A stretch of 64,000 nt of DNA from Hormiphora californensis (taxonomy: Eukaryota > Animalia > Ctenophora). The translations under genes were made by a program, and so were the position numbers. The stretch is taken from assembly GCA_020137815.1 (NCBI GenBank), contig CM035361.1, positions 124,001-188,000 on the forward strand, given 5' to 3'. A model generated the notes under the pieces. The model had not been told where the DNA came from. It was given only the letters and a program-made list of their open reading frames with translations, and ran no database searches. This document shows positions 63,654 to 64,000 of this stretch, one piece after another; positions within the stretch are counted from its first letter, which is position 1; each line of letters starts with the position of its first letter.

Positions 63654-64000
63654 GTGAATATTATTGGATTGTAACCTGATATTCGATATCGATTGAAAAT
63701 TAATAACGATTTAATCAGTTCGATTGATGCTTGTAGGTATATTACTATGTTATCGGGTCGAATCAACATGGTAAAAAGGTGTGGTGCTTCAAAGATCATA
63801 CTCGTGTCTTTGAGTGTGAATTTCACTTTAGAGGCCGGTTCACATGCTCTAATTGCTTTCTCGTGTTCTCCCTGATGTACTGGAAACACGCACACATTAC
63901 TTGAATTCCGGTGATGTAAGTGTGAGAAACTACTTAAAACACTAGAAAAGAGAAAAACATTTGAAATAAGTTCATGTTTAGTAAAACCACTCGTTGGTTT

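Noticed and set aside
63650-63895. 81-aa minus-strand ORF in the FERM intron
   Set aside because: No recognisable motif or clear splice support, and it lies at the window edge.

Overview
Eukaryotic, intron-rich, compact animal genomic DNA, most likely a ctenophore (Pleurobrachia-like). This assignment is an inference from two copies of a 43-nt sequence that matches my recollection of the ctenophore spliced-leader (SL) exon. Genes reconstructed by hand from GT-AG exons: a cytochrome P450 (-), an inositol polyphosphate multikinase (+), a death-fold-prodomain caspase with two alternative small-subunit cassettes (-), an LC3C-like ATG8 (-), a TTC22/IFIT-like TPR gene (-), a 4-EF-hand calmodulin-like gene (+), glucosidase II alpha (-) with an intronless GPCR-like ORF nested antisense in one intron, WDR12 (-), and the start of a band-4.1 FERM gene (+). 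Introns and spacers hold many MITEs, foldback elements, satellites and an R4/Dong-type LINE. Main findings: (1) a 1.37-kb non-autonomous, (GA)n-targeted retroelement that starts with a near-canonical HDV-like ribozyme and shares its 3' end with the Dong-type LINE in this window; (2) two SL-headed retro-insertions, one fused directly to a hammerhead-ribozyme core and one to a degraded LINE-ORF1-like frame; (3) duplicated, probably mutually exclusive caspase p10 exons; (4) candidate SL-resolved operons, LC3C->caspase and WDR12->GANAB, each with a spacer of about 340 bp. Exon coordinates were counted by eye and may be off by a few bases. There is a 100-N gap at 8763-8862 and signs of homopolymer errors.
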